Notes under the pieces: generated by a model
The model's database searches: none
Seen by the model: only the letters and a program-made list of their open reading frames with translations
What the model was told of the DNA's origin: nothing
Program-made: the position numbers and the translations under genes
Assembly (NCBI RefSeq): GCF_001194135.2
Contig: NC_068987.1
Coordinates: forward strand, 3,082,371 to 3,146,370
DNA from: Octopus bimaculoides
Taxonomy: Eukaryota
Reading direction: 5' to 3'
DNA: 64,000 nt
Part shown: positions 59,925 to 64,000 of the stretch, piece by piece
Layout of the letters: each line of letters starts with the position of its first letter
How positions within the stretch are numbered: position 1 is the stretch's first letter

Positions 59925-61876
59925 GAGATCATTCTCTCTCACAAACCAACAGATTTATGTTCATCATCAACCCTAGTACATCACTGTCTCGAGTCTACAA
60001 CTGAAAGGGCCAGTTACCTGTGGTTACCATGGCAATATGAATAACTGAGATTGCCAGACTTTTGCTGGGTTATTTTATGGCAACATGAAATGGACAGTTT
60101 TATTCAAGAACATGACACAGCTCCCTGTTTGGGAAGTGAAACCATGATCATGCATTTGCGAGTGCAAGACCCTTAACTAAGCCATCCACAGACAGACATG
60201 CATTGGAGAGCATTTATCACAGTGAAATATTTTTGGAAATAATTTTCTTTGAATTCTCATTTTCATCGTTTTAACATTTACGTTTCTATGTTGGCATGAA
60301 CTAGAAGGAATTCATTAAGGTAGATTTTCTACAACCAGATACCCTTCCTGTCACAAACCCTTACTTGTTCCCAAGCAAGGTAATATTTCCTATGGCTAGA
60401 TATGTTTTCAGAGAGGAGTGGAACCAAATAACATTGGCTGTACGATGAGGACACTTATTTACAGCAGTCATACAATGTTATGCATGCACACACACACACA
60501 CACTGGACTTCTTTCAATTTCTATCTATCACATGTACTCATAAGGTTTTGCCAACCAGGTTCTAGACAAGACACTTGTGGTCTACAAATCCGATCTTATT
60601 TGAGAGAAATCTTTTCACCAGAATATCGAGAAAACCCATATTTGTAAATTATAAACTTATAAGATGACTGAACAAAGGACAAAAATTTATCAATGTGATA
60701 CATACAGACTATATCAATGTGGGGAATTGTTGCCTGAGTTCCTCACACATACACACAACCGGAAGATCTATCTGTATGTCATTAAAGTTTTTTGTTTTGT
60801 TTTTGTTCATAGAGACAGTCGTATTAATAATCACTGGGAAAATACAGAGTTAAAGCTTTATAACTATAAAATTTGGGGGAAATTTTTATTCAAAAGCCAT
60901 ATTTTAAAACCTAATCATACATACACAAGAAAAAATGTTACTGAAATGATTTGCTGAAAACATCTGTAAATAGGAGTCGAAAGAACAAATAATTAAAATA
61001 TTTATGTAAAATCTTCAAATTGTGACAAAATATTCACATTTATAAGTAAATTAAGATCTTATAATATTTGTTGAATGACATTTTTTTTGAATAATTAAAA
61101 TTATTTCAAAACTAAAATTTTGTTGAATAAAATTGTTTTTATGCTCCAACTTCCCTCCAGACCTTTCATTGTAGCAGCATTGATAATGGCAATCCTAAAA
61201 TTTTGTAGCTGCCAAGCAGCAGGTAGGTTCCAGGGACAGGCAAATTGTTGATTGATGCATGTCTTTTGCAAAAGAAGAGAGGAATTATCAGTAAAAGCAT
61301 GTCATCATTTTAACTTCCACATTTCCATGCTGGAATGGGTTGGACAAAGTCATCATCATCATCATCATTTAACGCCAGCTTTCTATGCTGGCATGAGTTG
61401 GATGGTTTGACTGAGGACTGGAAAGTCAGGAGGCTGCACCAGGCTCCAATCTGATCTAGCAATGTTTCTACAGCTGGATGCCTTTCCTAATGCCATCCAC
61501 TCCTAACCCTAAAACCCGAACCCTAACGCTAAAACCAGTACAAACGCACAAACGATGTCATAAATAACAGTACCGATAATAGTTGTTGACAAACAACGGC
61601 AGTAATTTTATTCAAGGGAAAAGATTCCATTACACCACCAGAACGTCCTGTTGACAAACCACAGCAGTCATTGTTTTCACCTCAATAGATGTCAGTGATT
61701 GGTTGAAATTACCAAAATACAACAACTTTTAACATGAAATAACTTCAAATATAAAAATTTTTCTCTGTTCTATAAGACAAAATATACAAGTATACGAAGT
61801 TTTAAAGTGTTTCGGTAGAAAACACACTAAATAAAAAATGGTGTCTGCCAAATCAGAAAGATCCAATTTTTGTTAT

Positions 61877-62000
61877 TATGAGGGTCGGCTGAAATGTTCA
61901 TAGGCTGAGCAAGACACTCATGGAATGGGACCAAATGAAGTTCATTTTTTAACTTAGTTCCTCTCTTATTGTCTACACACTCCCATAAGTAGTTGCAGTG
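61877..62000 (+). mobile_element. Possible mariner-type MITE left end
   Basis: TA followed by TGAGGGTCGGCTGAAATGTTC, resembling mariner TIRs; right end not found. Confidence 0.3.
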
Positions 62001-62062
62001 CTTGGATCGCACTGGTGAAGAAGCTATTCTGTTGGTCAAAATGGTTATCAACAGCAGACAAG

Positions 62063-62078
62063 ACATCATCACCATCAA

Positions 62079-62116
<38 letters not shown>
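62063..62116. repeat. (CAT)n microsatellite
   Basis: Seen directly; source of the spurious poly-M and poly-D ORFs. Confidence 0.95.
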
Positions 62117-64000
62117 CAGTGATACTGGTGCCCAGCTGAGTGTTTTTCTATGTTGAGAAACAGATGGAACCAAATCATTAAAATAGGGAGGGGTTATCAA
62201 CCAGTTCAGAGCCAGTCACGCTCAGCAGCCATTGAAACCAAGGACTTTTGTGCTGAAGCATTGCCCCTAATGAAACAAGACCCCATTCATCAGTTTTTCT
62301 GAGTGTTTGGTCTTGATAGCCTTTCATAACTGCCTCAGCAAGTTGGCATTGAACTTTCCATTCATGGTGTGACCATTTTGAAGATAGCAATTAAAACAAT
62401 ATTTTTTTGCATTAACGTATAGTATATGTAATAGTGTGAAGTGTATTTTGCATATTAAAATGGTTAATTTTGTAAATATATCAAGTGGAGTCAACATAAG
62501 CAGTAAAAATATAAATTGCAAGCATTTCAAAATGTGGGACACTACATGACGAAAACTAACAAAAAAGGAAGAAAATAGTGGTGCTTGTTTTCCAAAAGTA
62601 CAATGAGAAAGAAAGAATGAAAAGTGAAAAAGTAAACTCGGAGTCTGAAGCGAGTGCTAGGCAGGAGATGAAACAAAATGTCTTATGTATGCACTGGTCA
62701 AGTAGGAAACAGATAAGTGATAAGAAATTGGATGGTCTTTTGGTGCCAAAAAGTGAAGAGAGACAGAGTGGATGGAGTAGAGAGTGTTGGGGAAGAGCAA
62801 GTACGAAGAAAGAGGGACTGCAGAGAAAAAAAGGGAATAAAGATGGACAGGAAGTAGTTGACAGAGATGGACAGAGGAAGAAATGGAAGGCAGCAGATAG
62901 AAATAGATGGGGAAGGTTTTGAGCACAAGAGGGGAGAGAAATGGATAGAAAGGAGAGAAAATCTTGCACCAAATATCGAACAGTGTGTGCGGGTACCACT
63001 GAGTGGGAACAGAAGCGAAGTGTGTGACATTACATTGACTAACGACCATAAAATCTTGCACAGAAAGTCAACACACGTGTATTTATAGATATATAAATAA
63101 AATTTAGTATGCAATAAAAATATCAAATAATTGTCTTAAACATTCAAACCAGCAAATTCACAATTTAGATGTGTGACAAGAGGCATTATTCCATACAAAT
63201 ATCCACATAATTATATTAAGAGTTAGATTGTAAGAGTATAGAAATATAAAAATATAACCATAAAAGATATAAAAATGAAAAATATATAAAAAGCATAAAA
63301 AAAAACAAGAAATAAACATATAAAAAACATGAAACCTTAATGAGGGGTACCATGAAAATAGAGAGTAAATTAAAGGAGGTGATTAAAAAGTATCAGTCCA
63401 AACCTATTGCCGTTTCAGAAAAGTTTTTTAAGGGTCTGTAGGATGTTAGTCCAAATTCAGTTCCCTGTGTAAAACCATTTCCTTCTTCAGGGTTCCATTC
63501 TTGAGGTAAAAATCCAGTAAAATCAGATAAAGCACCACATTGTGGAAGTTCAGCCATTAAAAGTACAATTTTTGAGTGTCAATGAATAAATTGCAAAATA
63601 AACATAAAAATGCCAAAATGAATCGGACAAACCAAAGAAAATTGTTTTTATACAAGGATTAAAAGGGTGGACAAGTTGATTTTAGTTAATCATGTTAATG
63701 AGGAAGGAATTTCAACCATGTTTCGTGGTCTGCTACCACAACAGCTCCTTTATAGGATCCAGTTAGCTGAAGACATCATCAGGAGGAACCACGTCCTGTT
63801 TTGGCCCCTACTCCTCTACCGTTTTGACGTGGCGGGGCCCTTCCTTTCGGAGGTGTCTTCAGCTCTGGTGTTGGGTGCATGTCTTCTTTCTTCTATTCCC
63901 TGGCCTCTTCGATGCAGCATCAACGAGTGTCAGCGTCCGACTGATCGTCATGTCAAGTTCCCCTTTTTATATCTGCTGCTAGGCTCCAGCAGGCAGCCCC

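Noticed and set aside
62556-63126. Several overlapping 76-147 aa ORFs
   Set aside because: Purine-rich low-complexity sequence; no motifs or splice support
63705-63750. - strand hairpin GTGGT-AGCAG-ACCAC followed by GAAACATGGTT, resembling a hammerhead stem II/III
   Set aside because: The 5' core reads CTGTT instead of CTGATGA and stem I is unconvincing; at most a decayed remnant

Overview
AT-rich, microsatellite-dense animal DNA with six assembly gaps. It is most likely an octopus (coleoid cephalopod); this is inferred from the KRAB-less tandem C2H2 genes and the repeat landscape, not from a database hit. Host genes: (1) a + strand ELOVL1/7-type fatty-acid elongase with six GT-AG coding exons reconstructed (28441-39582, HVFHH catalytic motif; first coding exon not found); (2) two tandem C2H2 zinc-finger genes, each with a single finger-coding exon (14 fingers at 52457-53722, 20 fingers at 58083-59924), both ending in a decayed out-of-frame finger; (3) a tentative unnamed spliced gene on the - strand (12674-20877). 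The rest is mostly mobile DNA: RTE-type LINE fragments, at least two Penelope-like (PLE) RT fossils, several tRNA-headed SINE families, RTE-3'-end-like short repeats, and hAT, piggyBac-like and fold-back MITEs. The most notable signal is repeat 'family D' (six copies at five loci). Its layout is PLE GIY-YIG endonuclease C-terminus, then a tRNA-like Pol III cassette, (AAT)n, a minimal type-I hammerhead-ribozyme motif and a tail. The short copies carry an inverted tail copy at their 5' end, and one is flanked by a 13-bp target-site duplication. An unrelated, nearly perfect hammerhead motif lies in an ELOVL intron (37649-37698). All calls come from manual reading. Repeat boundaries are approximate (tens of bp); exon and motif coordinates were counted.
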